A DNA stretch of 64,000 bases from an uncultured Gammaproteobacteria bacterium (GCA_964588465.1 CAZPPL010000002.1:8929-72928), one strand, 5' to 3'. Positions 30,152 to 39,763 are shown, counted from the first letter of the stretch. Notes: generated by a model from the sequence alone, not told the origin. Numbers and translations: made by a program.

Positions 30152-31189
30152 ATGGATTTCAAAAATATGTCCAAACAAGTGATTTTCAATAAAAAGAACG
30201 TATTAGTGGCTGGTGGAGCTGGTTTTATCGGTTCTCATCTTTGTGATGAGTTAGTCAAAACTAATAAAGTTATTTGTGTAGATAATTTTGTTTCTGGTAG
30301 TGAACGTAATATTGACCATCTATTAGCTAATCCTAACTTTGTGTTTATTAATCATGATTTAAGTACTCCTTTAGATCTAGAGTCAATAGAAGATTTGAAA
30401 AAGTTTAAAGTAGAATTTCAGGGTTTGCAAGAAATTTATAATTTAGCTTGTCCCGCTTCTCCTAAACATTTTTTAACTAATCGTTTGGTTATGCTGTTAG
30501 CTAATTCCTTGGTGATTAAAAATTTGTTAGATTTAACTTTAAAGTATAAGACCAAATTTTTACAATTTTCTTCTGCAGTAGTCTATGGTCCACGTAATAT
30601 TACTAATGCGGAATTAAAATTTAAAGAAAGTGATTTAGGCTTTGTTGATCAATTGTCTTCACGATCTGCTTATGATGAAGGGAAGCGTTTCGCCGAGACT
30701 ATGGTGGCTAATTATCGTTTAATTTACAATATTGATGCTAGGATAATTAGATTGTTTAGGATATACGGTCCGCGTATGGCCACTAATGAACACCAGATAA
30801 TGCCCGACTATATTAATAGTGCTTTGGAAAATAAAGATATTATTATTCATGGCGATGCAAATTTCTCTTCTTCTTTTTGTTATATTGATGATCTGATTGA
30901 TGCTGTTTCTAAACTAATGCTTTCTGACCTTGCTGGTCCACTTAATATTGGTTCTGATGTAGATACTAATTTAACTGATTTAGTTAATCTCGTTATTCAA
31001 GAGACTAAATCTAAATCTAAAATTGTTTATACCAGTAGTAAGTTGTTTGTTAGTGAATTGGTATTGCCCGATATTCATTTAGCCAAAGATAGTTTAGCTT
31101 GGATGCCAGTAGTTACCCTACAAAACGGTTTAAAAAAGACTATTTTTGATTTACAAGCTAATAAAAAGTTGCAAGGTTTAGGCGAGTAG
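30152..31189 (+). CDS. NAD-dependent epimerase/dehydratase (UDP-glucuronate decarboxylase-like SDR)
   Basis: 345 aa. VAGGAGFIGSHLCDEL Rossmann motif and YDEGKRFAET (YxxxK). Confidence 0.8.
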   Translation: MDFKNMSKQVIFNKKNVLVAGGAGFIGSHLCDELVKTNKVICVDNFVSGSERNIDHLLANPNFVFINHDLSTPLDLESIEDLKKFKVEFQGLQEIYNLACPASPKHFLTNRLVMLLANSLVIKNLLDLTLKYKTKFLQFSSAVVYGPRNITNAELKFKESDLGFVDQLSSRSAYDEGKRFAETMVANYRLIYNIDARIIRLFRIYGPRMATNEHQIMPDYINSALENKDIIIHGDANFSSSFCYIDDLIDAVSKLMLSDLAGPLNIGSDVDTNLTDLVNLVIQETKSKSKIVYTSSKLFVSELVLPDIHLAKDSLAWMPVVTLQNGLKKTIFDLQANKKLQGLGE

Positions 31190-31225
31190 TACTTAATCAA
31201 TGTGGGGGTAATTTTAGACTCTAGT

Positions 31226-32296
31226 TTAGATTTTTAGGTTTAGTTTTTTGCTCAAGCACTGTTTAAAAGCCCTTTCACTGCCGGCGGTAAACAAATAGTC
31301 TCTGGAGCTAAGCATTTCAGGAATTCCTCCAATAGTGCTAGCAATTATGGGCAGATTTAAGGCTTGTGCTTCATAAATTACCGTAGGAGAGTTTTCATAA
31401 CATAATGAGGGAACTAGCAAATAATGACTTTTAGTCATTATTTTTTTAACTTCTTCTGAGTCTACCAGACCGCGTAATTCTATTCGTTTGTCTCCGCTAG
31501 TCAGTTGCCTAGCTTGCTCCAATCTTTTACCTTCGCCAATAATTATCAATTTTAAAGCTGGGTTGTTTAATTTTTTCCATATATTTATTAGCCATATAAT
31601 TCCTTTATGATCCTCTATTTGTCCTACGAATAGGAAAGTAATTGAAGAGAGATTTTCAGGCCTATCAGCAGTTGGATTAGGCTTATAAACAGGTAATTTA
31701 AATGGTCTAATCTCTAGTTTAGAATTTGGGAAAAATCCTCGTTTAGTATGTTCCTGTAGTAGCCACTTAGAAGGAGAGATAATTTTTTGGACTGAACTCC
31801 AAAGAGCTTTAGTATAGAATTGATAGATTCGTGCTGGTATTTTATCTATTTTAGCTTCCTCCCCTAAGAGCATTAGGCCAGAAGGATATAATAATTGAAT
31901 GTCGTGTAGTATATGTTCGTGAGGAATCTTTAATTTTTTTATGGCTCGGGGAGTTAAAAAGCCTAGCCCCATAAGATTATGAGTAATTACTAGATCAGGC
32001 TTCTGGTTGCTTAGTATTTTTTTTATTTGGTAATATTTTTTACAGGATAGTAGATTGCTTAATTGCCAAAAAAATCTAAAAATTACCGGAAACTGGTCTA
32101 ATTTATAAAAATTGGAGTTAAGATAATATATTTTTAGCTGTTTATTATTATCAATTATTGCTGAGGCTGGTTTAGTAGAAATTAAAAAGACTTCATGCCC
32201 AGAATTTTGTAATTCTAGAATCATTCTTTTAAGCACTTGTTCAGCTCCGCCTCGGTTAAAAGGAAAGTATAAATTATTTAGTACGGCTATTTTCAT
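31226..32296 (-). CDS. Glycosyltransferase family 4
   Basis: 356 aa. FPFNRGGAEQ N-terminus, FVGQIEDHKG, PSLCYENSPTVIYEAQALNLP. It overlaps the upstream GT4 gene by 23 nt. Confidence 0.75.
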   Translation of the reverse strand: MKIAVLNNLYFPFNRGGAEQVLKRMILELQNSGHEVFLISTKPASAIIDNNKQLKIYYLNSNFYKLDQFPVIFRFFWQLSNLLSCKKYYQIKKILSNQKPDLVITHNLMGLGFLTPRAIKKLKIPHEHILHDIQLLYPSGLMLLGEEAKIDKIPARIYQFYTKALWSSVQKIISPSKWLLQEHTKRGFFPNSKLEIRPFKLPVYKPNPTADRPENLSSITFLFVGQIEDHKGIIWLINIWKKLNNPALKLIIIGEGKRLEQARQLTSGDKRIELRGLVDSEEVKKIMTKSHYLLVPSLCYENSPTVIYEAQALNLPIIASTIGGIPEMLSSRDYLFTAGSERAFKQCLSKKLNLKI

Positions 32297-33422
32297 GGAA
32301 TAATTTTTCTAATGCTATTTTCATTTTATTCTGGTCATATTTTTTCTCAGCTAGTTTTCTAGTAGCTTGGGCCATCTCTCGTCGCAGATTTTCATGGTTG
32401 AAAATAAACTCCAATTTATTTTTTAAATCAGCGACATCTCCTGGAGCTACTAGCAATCCTTCTCGCCAGTTAGTAAATACCTGACGGACTCCTGGTAAAT
32501 CAGAAGCTATTAGGGGCACTCCACAAGCCAGAGCTTCAATTAAAACTAATCCAAAAGCTTCGTTGCTATTAATAGAGGGTAGAATTAATAAATCGGCGTT
32601 TTGATAATTGCGAATTAAGTCAGCATCATTTAGTTTGCCAGCAAAATACACCCTAGTGGTTAATTGTAGTTTAAGATTTAATTTTTCATAGCTAGCTCGT
32701 TTGTCTCCTTCGCCTATAATGGTTAATCGCCAATTTAGAGTTTTGAGCTTACTTAGTGCCAGTAATAGTATCTCTATCCCTTTAAAATAATGGGCTCGGT
32801 CTAGTCCTCCTACAAATAATAAGTTTAGCCGACTTTTTTTAATAAATTTGTCATTAATATAATGAATAATTTTTTTAGTGTAGGCTATAATTTCATTATT
32901 GGTAGCTTGGTTCAACCTTTTAGGTTGGAATTTATGAAGATCTAGACTGAAAGGAATTTCTCTGAATTTTTTTGGGTGAGCAAAATAGTATTTTTTAATT
33001 TGACTGCTTTTAATATAGTCCAGACTAGCGATTACAATAGTATCTGCTTGCTTAAGTAAAGTTTGGCGTAAAATTAAACTAGGCCAACTAAAGATTTTGG
33101 TTATTAGACCGCTAGGTTTAACATCCATATGATAATGGATAATTAATTTAGGTCTTTTTTTGTGGAATAATTTGAATAAGCATACTATTTCCGCAGTTCC
33201 AAAAAAAGGATAATGAAGATAAATATAATCAAAAGACTTTAGTCGCCAAAGTAATTGAGGTATAAAAGCTCCATGACCTTTTCTGAGCCAAGGTTTTATA
33301 GTCTCTGGGTTAAAGTCAACTACTTCTTCTTGTTCGGACAATAACTTACTAATTCTATAAGCGCTATTTCCTATACCACCAGCATTAGGTGGTCCAGCAC
33401 AGGCTATTGAAGCTATTTTCAT
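32274..33422 (-). CDS. Glycosyltransferase family 4
   Basis: 382 aa. FVGGLDRAHYFKG, PSINSNEAFGLVLIEALACGVPLIASDLPG. Confidence 0.75.
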   Translation of the reverse strand: MKIASIACAGPPNAGGIGNSAYRISKLLSEQEEVVDFNPETIKPWLRKGHGAFIPQLLWRLKSFDYIYLHYPFFGTAEIVCLFKLFHKKRPKLIIHYHMDVKPSGLITKIFSWPSLILRQTLLKQADTIVIASLDYIKSSQIKKYYFAHPKKFREIPFSLDLHKFQPKRLNQATNNEIIAYTKKIIHYINDKFIKKSRLNLLFVGGLDRAHYFKGIEILLLALSKLKTLNWRLTIIGEGDKRASYEKLNLKLQLTTRVYFAGKLNDADLIRNYQNADLLILPSINSNEAFGLVLIEALACGVPLIASDLPGVRQVFTNWREGLLVAPGDVADLKNKLEFIFNHENLRREMAQATRKLAEKKYDQNKMKIALEKLFHENSRTK

Positions 33423-33424
33423 AA

Positions 33425-33757
33425 TTATTTTTTATTTTCTTGATTTAAAGCTAATTCTCTAACTATTTTAGTAATATTCTTTTCCATTTTAGCTAAATTC
33501 AAGCGCAGACGGAAGATGGAATAAAATAGAATCAGAATAGCTAAATAAATTAGGAAGCTAATACCATCTCCAGAAAAACCTAAGTAGTGGACTAAACTAT
33601 CAATACGATGGATAAAGATCATCGCTAGAGCACCAAGTAGCCAAAATACTAGCCAAAGAGTAAACTCATTTTGATTAATTTGTTTTTTTCTTTTTTGTGA
33701 AAATAGACGCCAGAGAAAAATAGCGATTAAAATTAAAGCAATAGCTTGTTGAATCAT
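33425..33757 (-). CDS. DUF2304-like small membrane protein
   Basis: 110 aa with 3-4 TM segments and a terminal amphipathic KMEKNITKIVRELAL helix. This matches the pattern I recall for DUF2304 proteins that accompany GT2 genes. Confidence 0.6.
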   Translation of the reverse strand: MIQQAIALILIAIFLWRLFSQKRKKQINQNEFTLWLVFWLLGALAMIFIHRIDSLVHYLGFSGDGISFLIYLAILILFYSIFRLRLNLAKMEKNITKIVRELALNQENKK

Positions 33758-33831
33758 ATAATTAACATTAGTTATTTATTATGACATTATTTAATGAATA
33801 GTTCTTTAATATTAACAAAAAATAATAAGTC

Positions 33832-34242
33832 ATGAAAAAAAATTTTTTGAAGGAAGAAATTTTAGGGACATTAGTGTTCTTAATTTCTCTGTTCCTTCTG
33901 AACCATCTGCTAAAACAGATGGCGGTTGGAATATTTGTTGCACTTATAAGTGTGGCAGCTGTGACCGTTGTCATTAGTGTATTGCTGGACCTACAAGGGA
34001 ATCTGGCAAGATCCCAGACATTTAACATGAATGTTCTGGCGGTCGTCAGTTTGGCGGCTATATTGGCGTCAGAGTACGTCATAATATTCCTGATTTTGGG
34101 AATATCAATGATATTATTTACAATAATATCATATAAAGATATAATTAAGCTATGTAAAGATTATAGCTTATTTCCAGTCATAATGGCTGGACAATATGCA
34201 ATCGTTATTGCAATTGCATATTTCATGTTTCTATATTTATAG
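33832..34242 (+). CDS. Hypothetical polytopic membrane protein with atypical composition
   Basis: 136-aa ORF with 4-5 hydrophobic segments. Its central 180 nt are about 46 percent G+C by hand count (83/180), against 18 percent in the next 60 nt. It uses CTG and GCG codons that are rare elsewhere in the window. Confidence 0.45.
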   Translation: MKKNFLKEEILGTLVFLISLFLLNHLLKQMAVGIFVALISVAAVTVVISVLLDLQGNLARSQTFNMNVLAVVSLAAILASEYVIIFLILGISMILFTIISYKDIIKLCKDYSLFPVIMAGQYAIVIAIAYFMFLYL

Positions 34243-34265
34243 AAACATGAAAAGGCTATTAAATT

Positions 34266-34294
34266 AAGCTTCTTAATATAGGAGCTTTTTTTTA
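34266..34294. terminator. Putative bidirectional terminator between convergent genes
   Basis: AAGCTTCT-taatat-AGGAGCTT stem (one G-T pair) followed by a T run. It is flanked by A-rich sequence upstream. Confidence 0.45.
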
Positions 34295-34954
34295 TTCTAT
34301 TATTTTTTTAATGATTAAATCTTTGATTATTTTAAAACCTCCAGATAACTTTTGACCATATTCGTGATAGATAACCGTAATAGGTACTTCTTTTATTTTT
34401 ACTTTATATTTGGATAATTGCTGGAGTATTTCGCTACAGTGAGCCATACGATCATTTTCTATTTTTATTTTTTTAACTGTCTCTCTACTTAAAGCCCTAA
34501 AACCACTTTGGGGATCGCTCAGCTTGATATTAAAAAATAGTTTATTCACTGTTCTGGCTAAAGGCCAAATTATTATTTTTTTAAAAATTGGGAGCTGGGA
34601 TTTTTTATTAAGAAATCTAGAGCCTAGTACTACCTCGGCTTGTCCGTCTATGAGTGGTTTAATTATATCTGGTATTTCGCTAGCTAGAAATTGACCATCA
34701 GCATCAAAATGAATAATAATATCTGCTTGGTGCTTTAAGGCATAATCATCACCAGTTTGCAGGGAAGCACCTTGACCGCGGTTAATTAAATGACGCAGAA
34801 CAGTGGCTCCAGCAGTTTTGGCTAAGGTGGCGGTATGATCTGAGGAATTATCATCTATTACTACAATTTCTTGGACATAAGGACGCAAATCGTTAACTAC
34901 TTGTTGTATACTTTTAGCTTCATTAAAAGCTGGAATAACGCAGATTATATTCAT
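34292..34954 (-). CDS. Glycosyltransferase family 2 (polyprenol-phosphate sugar transferase-like)
   Basis: 220 aa. VIPAFNEAKSI, VIDDNSSDHT, DADGQ (DxD) and GFRAL. Confidence 0.85.
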   Translation of the reverse strand: MNIICVIPAFNEAKSIQQVVNDLRPYVQEIVVIDDNSSDHTATLAKTAGATVLRHLINRGQGASLQTGDDYALKHQADIIIHFDADGQFLASEIPDIIKPLIDGQAEVVLGSRFLNKKSQLPIFKKIIIWPLARTVNKLFFNIKLSDPQSGFRALSRETVKKIKIENDRMAHCSEILQQLSKYKVKIKEVPITVIYHEYGQKLSGGFKIIKDLIIKKIIE

Positions 34955-35817
34955 AATTTTATAAGCTCAAACTTACCAATGAGCTGACGATTTTTATGTA
35001 AGGAGCTGTTTCTAAGACTTAGTAGAGGAACTAAGTCTTGGCTAATAATCATTCTAAGTCCTTCATTTATTAAACGGGGAGATAGAGGTAGCTGTTTTAT
35101 TCGTTTAATAACTGTTTTAGCATCTTTAGCATTTATAGTGGCTACTACCAGACGCCCAGTAAGGGCAGTGAGCAAAGCTTGAGTTAGTTCCCAGTCTTTA
35201 TCCAGATCATCGGCCAAAATTATTTCTGAGTCATGCCCTCGTAGTCGCTCCCAGCTAGTGGCACTAGGATTTAATATATTTATTCCAGGGATTGATTTAG
35301 GAATATCTTTACTTAAAAAATATATATTGAATTTTGGATCATTAAGTAGAAGTGATATAGCGTATAGAGTACTGCTTTTTCCTTTCCCTGGAGGAGAAGT
35401 AATAATGATAAGGCCAGAGTGGCGAGTTAGAGTTTTTTTCAGAGTTTTTAAATCCATTGTTTTTAGTCCTAACTGGCTAAGACGCCAATACTCTTTAGGT
35501 CTTTTGAGCAGATCAATAATTATTTTTTCCTTATTTCGGTCGGGTAGAACAGTCAGATAAATTGCTAGAGTTTTATGGTGATGAGTAATTTTGTGATATT
35601 TTTTAGTTATTAATTCATTATTGCCAATAGCCATAATTTGCTTAAGGTCAGCAAAGAAATTATTCTCTAATTTATGAGGTAAACTCAAATGGCGTAGCTG
35701 ACCATTAGGCAGGTAACAGTCTAAAGAAATTTGCTCTTTTTGACGAGAAATTATTAGATGTTGGACTTCTTCTTGTTGAGCGTAATCTAGAAGATTGATA
35801 ATAATTTTTTTACTCAT
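34951..35817 (-). CDS. GspE/PilB-type secretion ATPase homologue with degenerate catalytic motifs
   Basis: 288 aa. Walker A-like SPPGKGKSSTLYA is retained. The Asp box, Walker B glutamate and His box are replaced (SKDIPKS, IILADDLDKD, TGRLVVATINAK). Its stop overlaps the GT2 start in an ATGA. Confidence 0.6.
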   Translation of the reverse strand: MSKKIIINLLDYAQQEEVQHLIISRQKEQISLDCYLPNGQLRHLSLPHKLENNFFADLKQIMAIGNNELITKKYHKITHHHKTLAIYLTVLPDRNKEKIIIDLLKRPKEYWRLSQLGLKTMDLKTLKKTLTRHSGLIIITSPPGKGKSSTLYAISLLLNDPKFNIYFLSKDIPKSIPGINILNPSATSWERLRGHDSEIILADDLDKDWELTQALLTALTGRLVVATINAKDAKTVIKRIKQLPLSPRLINEGLRMIISQDLVPLLSLRNSSLHKNRQLIGKFELIKL

Positions 35818-35857
35818 ATTGTTCTGATTATAGCATAGTTTGGTATTATTTTAAAAT

Positions 35858-36310
35858 GTGATAGACTTAAAAGAGTCAAGCTATTTATTTATTGCTATGG
35901 TTTATTCTAATTTTTATACCCGTCTTCATAATCAGACTAAACAATTTGTTTTGGCTTTAAAAGCGATATGGCATTTTCATTATAGCCGTTTTTATCTAGC
36001 AGTTTTTATTCTGTTGCAGGCTTTGGCTTGGAGACAAGCTTGGTTTATATTTCATCATCTAAGTGGCAAGATTCTAGTTCTACAGTATAATGTTGATTTA
36101 GGAATCACCTTGGTGGGCAATCCTGGTCGGGTTCTTATTTATCCGCTTTATGCTTTAGGAATTTTAGGGTTCAATGTTATTATTGCCGCTTTAAGTCATC
36201 GGCATAAATACTTTCAAGTATTTACTCATTTATTACTGGCCACTGTTTTATTATTTGCTTTATTTTTAAATTTGGTTTTATTATTTATTTATTTAATTAA
36301 TTTTAAATAA
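35858..36310 (+). CDS. Hypothetical membrane protein upstream of mraY
   Basis: 150-aa ORF with 3-4 TM segments and no recognised motif. The start is ambiguous (GTG at 35858 or ATG at 35897). Confidence 0.45.
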   Translation: MIDLKESSYLFIAMVYSNFYTRLHNQTKQFVLALKAIWHFHYSRFYLAVFILLQALAWRQAWFIFHHLSGKILVLQYNVDLGITLVGNPGRVLIYPLYALGILGFNVIIAALSHRHKYFQVFTHLLLATVLLFALFLNLVLLFIYLINFK

Positions 36311-36318
36311 GCATTTCT

Positions 36319-37368
36319 ATGATGCAGTTTCCGATTATCAAAATTTTATTTTTTGCTACCTTTGCTTTTATTTTTGCCATGGCTCTGACTCCACTCTTAA
36401 GTCATTTTTTGTATAAATATAATTTAGGAAAGAAAATTCGTAGTAATGGTTCTACTCCAATATTTACTAAACTACACGCTCATAAAGCAGGCACACCGAC
36501 TATGGGAGGGATTTTAGTTTGGGGGACACTCCTAATTCTTATTCTGTTGTTTTCGGTCCTAGGTAATTTATGGCCTAGCGGGATATGGGGTCAGTTGAAC
36601 TTTTTATCTAGGCAAGAAACCCTATTGCCATTAGGAGCCCTTATCATTACCGCTTTTATTGGATTGTTTGATGATTGGTTGGACGTACGAGGGAAAGGGG
36701 TGACCGGGGGTGGTGGTCTTAAATTGTATCATCGTTTACTTATTTATACTTTTATTGCTACTGCAGGGGCTCTATGGTTTTACTTTAAATTAGATTGGAC
36801 TATTTTTCATATTCCATTTTTAGGGAATTTTGAAATTGGCGCTTGGTATATTCCAATTTTTATTTTTATGATTGTAGCCACTGCTTTTTCAGTTAATGAA
36901 ACTGACGGTTTAGATGGTTTGGCTGGTGGAACTTTATTAATTGCTTTTGCAGCTTATGGTATTATTTCCTATTCTTTAGGATTGTATGATTTAGCGATTT
37001 TTTGTGCGGTTATTATTGGAGCCTTGTTAGCCTTCTTATGGTTTAATATCCCTCCAGCCCGATTTTATCTAGGAGACACTGGAGCCATGAGTTTAGGCGT
37101 TACTCTAGGTATTATTGCTATGCTTACTAATAGTTCTTTATTGTTAATATTTATTGGTTTAATTTTTTTAATAGAATCACTATCGGTAATTATTCAAACT
37201 ATATCTAAAGCTTGGCGCGGGAAAAAAGTCTGGCTATCTGCTCCTATTCATCACCATTATCAAGCAGTAGGTTGGTCTGAAGCTAAAGTGGTAATGCGGT
37301 TTTGGGTTATCTCGGCTATTGGAGCAGCTATTGGGTTAATTATTTTTTTATTGGATCTTAAAATTTAA
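36319..37368 (+). CDS. mraY: Phospho-N-acetylmuramoyl-pentapeptide transferase
   Basis: 349 aa. HAHKAGTPTMGG, NETDGLDGLAGG, FLGDTGAMSLG and APIHHH motifs. Confidence 0.93.
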   Translation: MMQFPIIKILFFATFAFIFAMALTPLLSHFLYKYNLGKKIRSNGSTPIFTKLHAHKAGTPTMGGILVWGTLLILILLFSVLGNLWPSGIWGQLNFLSRQETLLPLGALIITAFIGLFDDWLDVRGKGVTGGGGLKLYHRLLIYTFIATAGALWFYFKLDWTIFHIPFLGNFEIGAWYIPIFIFMIVATAFSVNETDGLDGLAGGTLLIAFAAYGIISYSLGLYDLAIFCAVIIGALLAFLWFNIPPARFYLGDTGAMSLGVTLGIIAMLTNSSLLLIFIGLIFLIESLSVIIQTISKAWRGKKVWLSAPIHHHYQAVGWSEAKVVMRFWVISAIGAAIGLIIFLLDLKI

Positions 37369-37386
37369 AGTTTTAGCCAATTTTTT

Positions 37387-38571
37387 ATGTGGCGATATTT
37401 TAAAAAAAAATTATTTGCAGCTAGGGCAGGGGAACATGAGCTGGATACTAGTTTGTTATTAGCTTTTGGCCTGTTGATTGTGTTTGGACTAGTTATGCTT
37501 TTTAGTGCTTCCTCAGTTATCTCTTATGCTAAATTTGGCAATACCTATCATTATTTATTAGCACAATTATTTAGTTTAAGTATCGGGGCTATTTTTTTCT
37601 TAGTTATATTGCACATAGATTATCATTGGTGGAAAAAATTTGCTAAGTTTTTCCTTTTTTTTTCTTTCCTGCTCTTAGTGGTCGTATTTATACCAGGTTT
37701 GCGTTCCAATTATGGAACCGCACATAGTTGGATTGTAATCTTTGGTTACTCTTTTCAAACTTCAGAATTAGTTAAAATTTCTTTTTTGATTTATTTGGCG
37801 ACCTGGTTAGAGTCTAGGCAAACAGATTTAGGAAATTTTCAAAAAACTATTATACCATTTTTAGCAATTCTAGGGACTATTAGTTTATTGATGGCCGCTC
37901 AGCCTAATTTAGGCACTTTATTCGTTATCCTTTCTATTGCTCTATCGGTTTTTTTTGTTGGTGGCGGCCGTTTAAGACATTTTGGTTTTATAATTCTACT
38001 AGGAGCAGTGGTTTTGTTTGTAATGTTAAGCTTGCATCCTTCCTCATATCAATCGGCTCGTTTTAAATGTTTTAAAAATTTAAATTATAGTCCCAAGCAT
38101 AGTTGTTATCAGGTGGATCAATCTTTAATTGCCGTAGGTTCAGGAGGGCTGTTTGGTCGTGGTCTGGGCAAAAGTAGACAGAAATTTTTATATTTGCCAG
38201 AAGTTTGGGCGGATTCTATATTTCCAGTAATTGCCGAAGAAACGGGTTTTATTGTTAGCTCTTTGTTAATTATTTTATATCTTTTTATTTTCTATCGTGG
38301 GCTATTAATTGCTCGAGCCGCTCCAGATTTATATGGTAGTATGTTGGCGGTGGGAATTGTGGTATGGTTTGCTGTGGAAAGTTTTATGAATATAGGGGGA
38401 ATGATTAATTTGATTCCGATGACTGGCGTACCTCTGCCCTTAGTGTCCGCTGGTGGTTCTGCTGCTTTGTCTTCGCTAATCGCTTTAGGTATCCTACTCA
38501 ATATTAGTAAGCAGACTCGTCGGTCTGGGGAACTGAGAAATAGAAGTAGAGTGCGTCAAATAAAAAATTAA
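37387..38571 (+). CDS. ftsW: SEDS peptidoglycan polymerase FtsW/RodA
   Basis: 394 aa and polytopic. QTSELVKI, LPEVWADSIFPVIAEETGF and PMTGVPLPLVSAGGSA are present. Confidence 0.85.
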   Translation: MWRYFKKKLFAARAGEHELDTSLLLAFGLLIVFGLVMLFSASSVISYAKFGNTYHYLLAQLFSLSIGAIFFLVILHIDYHWWKKFAKFFLFFSFLLLVVVFIPGLRSNYGTAHSWIVIFGYSFQTSELVKISFLIYLATWLESRQTDLGNFQKTIIPFLAILGTISLLMAAQPNLGTLFVILSIALSVFFVGGGRLRHFGFIILLGAVVLFVMLSLHPSSYQSARFKCFKNLNYSPKHSCYQVDQSLIAVGSGGLFGRGLGKSRQKFLYLPEVWADSIFPVIAEETGFIVSSLLIILYLFIFYRGLLIARAAPDLYGSMLAVGIVVWFAVESFMNIGGMINLIPMTGVPLPLVSAGGSAALSSLIALGILLNISKQTRRSGELRNRSRVRQIKN

Positions 38572-38602
38572 GTTTATATACCTTAGAAATTAAGTTCATT
38601 GT

Positions 38603-39739
38603 ATGTCTTCACATAATTATATTTCTAAAACTATCTTGTTCAGCGGTGGGGGCACTGGAGGATCCATTACTCCGCTGTTAGCGGTGGCTGAGGAATTGGC
38701 ACACAATAGCAATAAGTTTAATGTGAATTTGATTTTTGTAGGTAATCATTTTGGTCCAGATAGGGATATGGTTGCTAGTTTTAATGAAAATATTGCTCCC
38801 TTAAAATTTATCCCGCTTATTAGTGGAAAATGGCGTCGTTATTTTTCTTGGAAAAATTTTGGAGATATTTTTAGAATTATTATAGCCTATTTTAAATCCT
38901 TCAGCCTATTAAAACGGGAAGGTCCTGATGTAATAATTAGCGCTGGTGGATTTGTTAGCGTTCCTTTAATTTGGGCGGCAGCAAGTAAAGGAATTCCTGT
39001 TTTAATTCATCAACAGGATTCTCGTCCTGGATTAGCTAATTTGTTAACAGCTCGCTTTGCTCGGGTAATCACTGTTACTTTTGAGAAATCTTTAGCAGAC
39101 TACGGCCCCAAAGCAGTATGGATTGGTAATCCAGTAAAAAGCTTAAAAACTCTTAGCTTATCCGCTGATATCAGAGCTATAAAAAGTAAATATAATTTAG
39201 TTAACTCTCGGCCTTTACTAATGATAATAGGGGGAGGGACTGGTGCGGTAGCAATTAATGATTTAATTTTTTCCGCTAAACAGAGTTTAACCCAATTTTT
39301 TCAGGTAATACATTTAACTGGTTCAGGAAAATTACCTAAAGATGATCCCGTCCCTTATTATCATACTCAAGAGACACTTCCTCAACAAAATCTTTTAGAA
39401 TTGATGTCAGTAGCCGATATAGTAATATCTCGTTGTGGTCTAGCTACTCTTAGTGAATTATCTGCTCTAGATAAGGTGGCAATCTTGATCCCTATACCTA
39501 ACTCTCACCAGGAAGATAATGCTTTAATTTTTGCTCAACAAAAAGCAGCAGTAGTTTTAAAACAGAAAGAATTAAATCCTGAGAAACTAGCTACAGAAAT
39601 TAAACAGTTGTGGGATAATGGAACTCTTAGGACAGAATTAAAAAATAATATTGGGAAAGTTATTAAACGGGGGGCGAATTTAGCTATGCTGGATATAATT
39701 TTGGAGATTTTAGGACAGTCCAAACAAAAAATTAAATAA
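38603..39739 (+). CDS. murG: UDP-N-acetylglucosamine--N-acetylmuramyl-(pentapeptide) pyrophosphoryl-undecaprenol GlcNAc transferase
   Basis: 378 aa. SGGGTGGSITPLLAVAEEL, HQQDSRPGLANL, GGGTGA, and RCGLATLSEL with a downstream HQEDNA. Confidence 0.88.
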   Translation: MSSHNYISKTILFSGGGTGGSITPLLAVAEELAHNSNKFNVNLIFVGNHFGPDRDMVASFNENIAPLKFIPLISGKWRRYFSWKNFGDIFRIIIAYFKSFSLLKREGPDVIISAGGFVSVPLIWAAASKGIPVLIHQQDSRPGLANLLTARFARVITVTFEKSLADYGPKAVWIGNPVKSLKTLSLSADIRAIKSKYNLVNSRPLLMIIGGGTGAVAINDLIFSAKQSLTQFFQVIHLTGSGKLPKDDPVPYYHTQETLPQQNLLELMSVADIVISRCGLATLSELSALDKVAILIPIPNSHQEDNALIFAQQKAAVVLKQKELNPEKLATEIKQLWDNGTLRTELKNNIGKVIKRGANLAMLDIILEILGQSKQKIK

Positions 39740-39763
39740 GTCCATCAAAATATTAAACATAAT

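Noticed and set aside
33900-34080. GC-rich patch considered as a structured RNA gene (tmRNA, SRP RNA, RNase P RNA, 6S)
   Set aside because: I could not find the conserved cores on either strand. These are the RNase P GAGGAAAGUCC box, the SRP domain IV GGAA/AGCA symmetric loop context, and the tmRNA tRNA-like 3' end or tag ORF. I also saw no long-range 5'/3' complementarity. Only a covariance-model search can fully exclude an RNA.
33768-34082. 104-aa minus-strand ORF antisense to the atypical membrane ORF
   Set aside because: The product has no TM or motif pattern and ends in AT-rich spacer-derived residues. The plus-strand frame gives coherent hydrophobic helices. I keep some doubt, because the GC-rich patch leaves both frames open.
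35258-35560. 100-aa plus-strand ORF antisense to the GspE-like gene
   Set aside because: The minus-strand frame carries the P-loop and is collinear with secretion ATPases. The plus-strand product has no motif and no promoter context.
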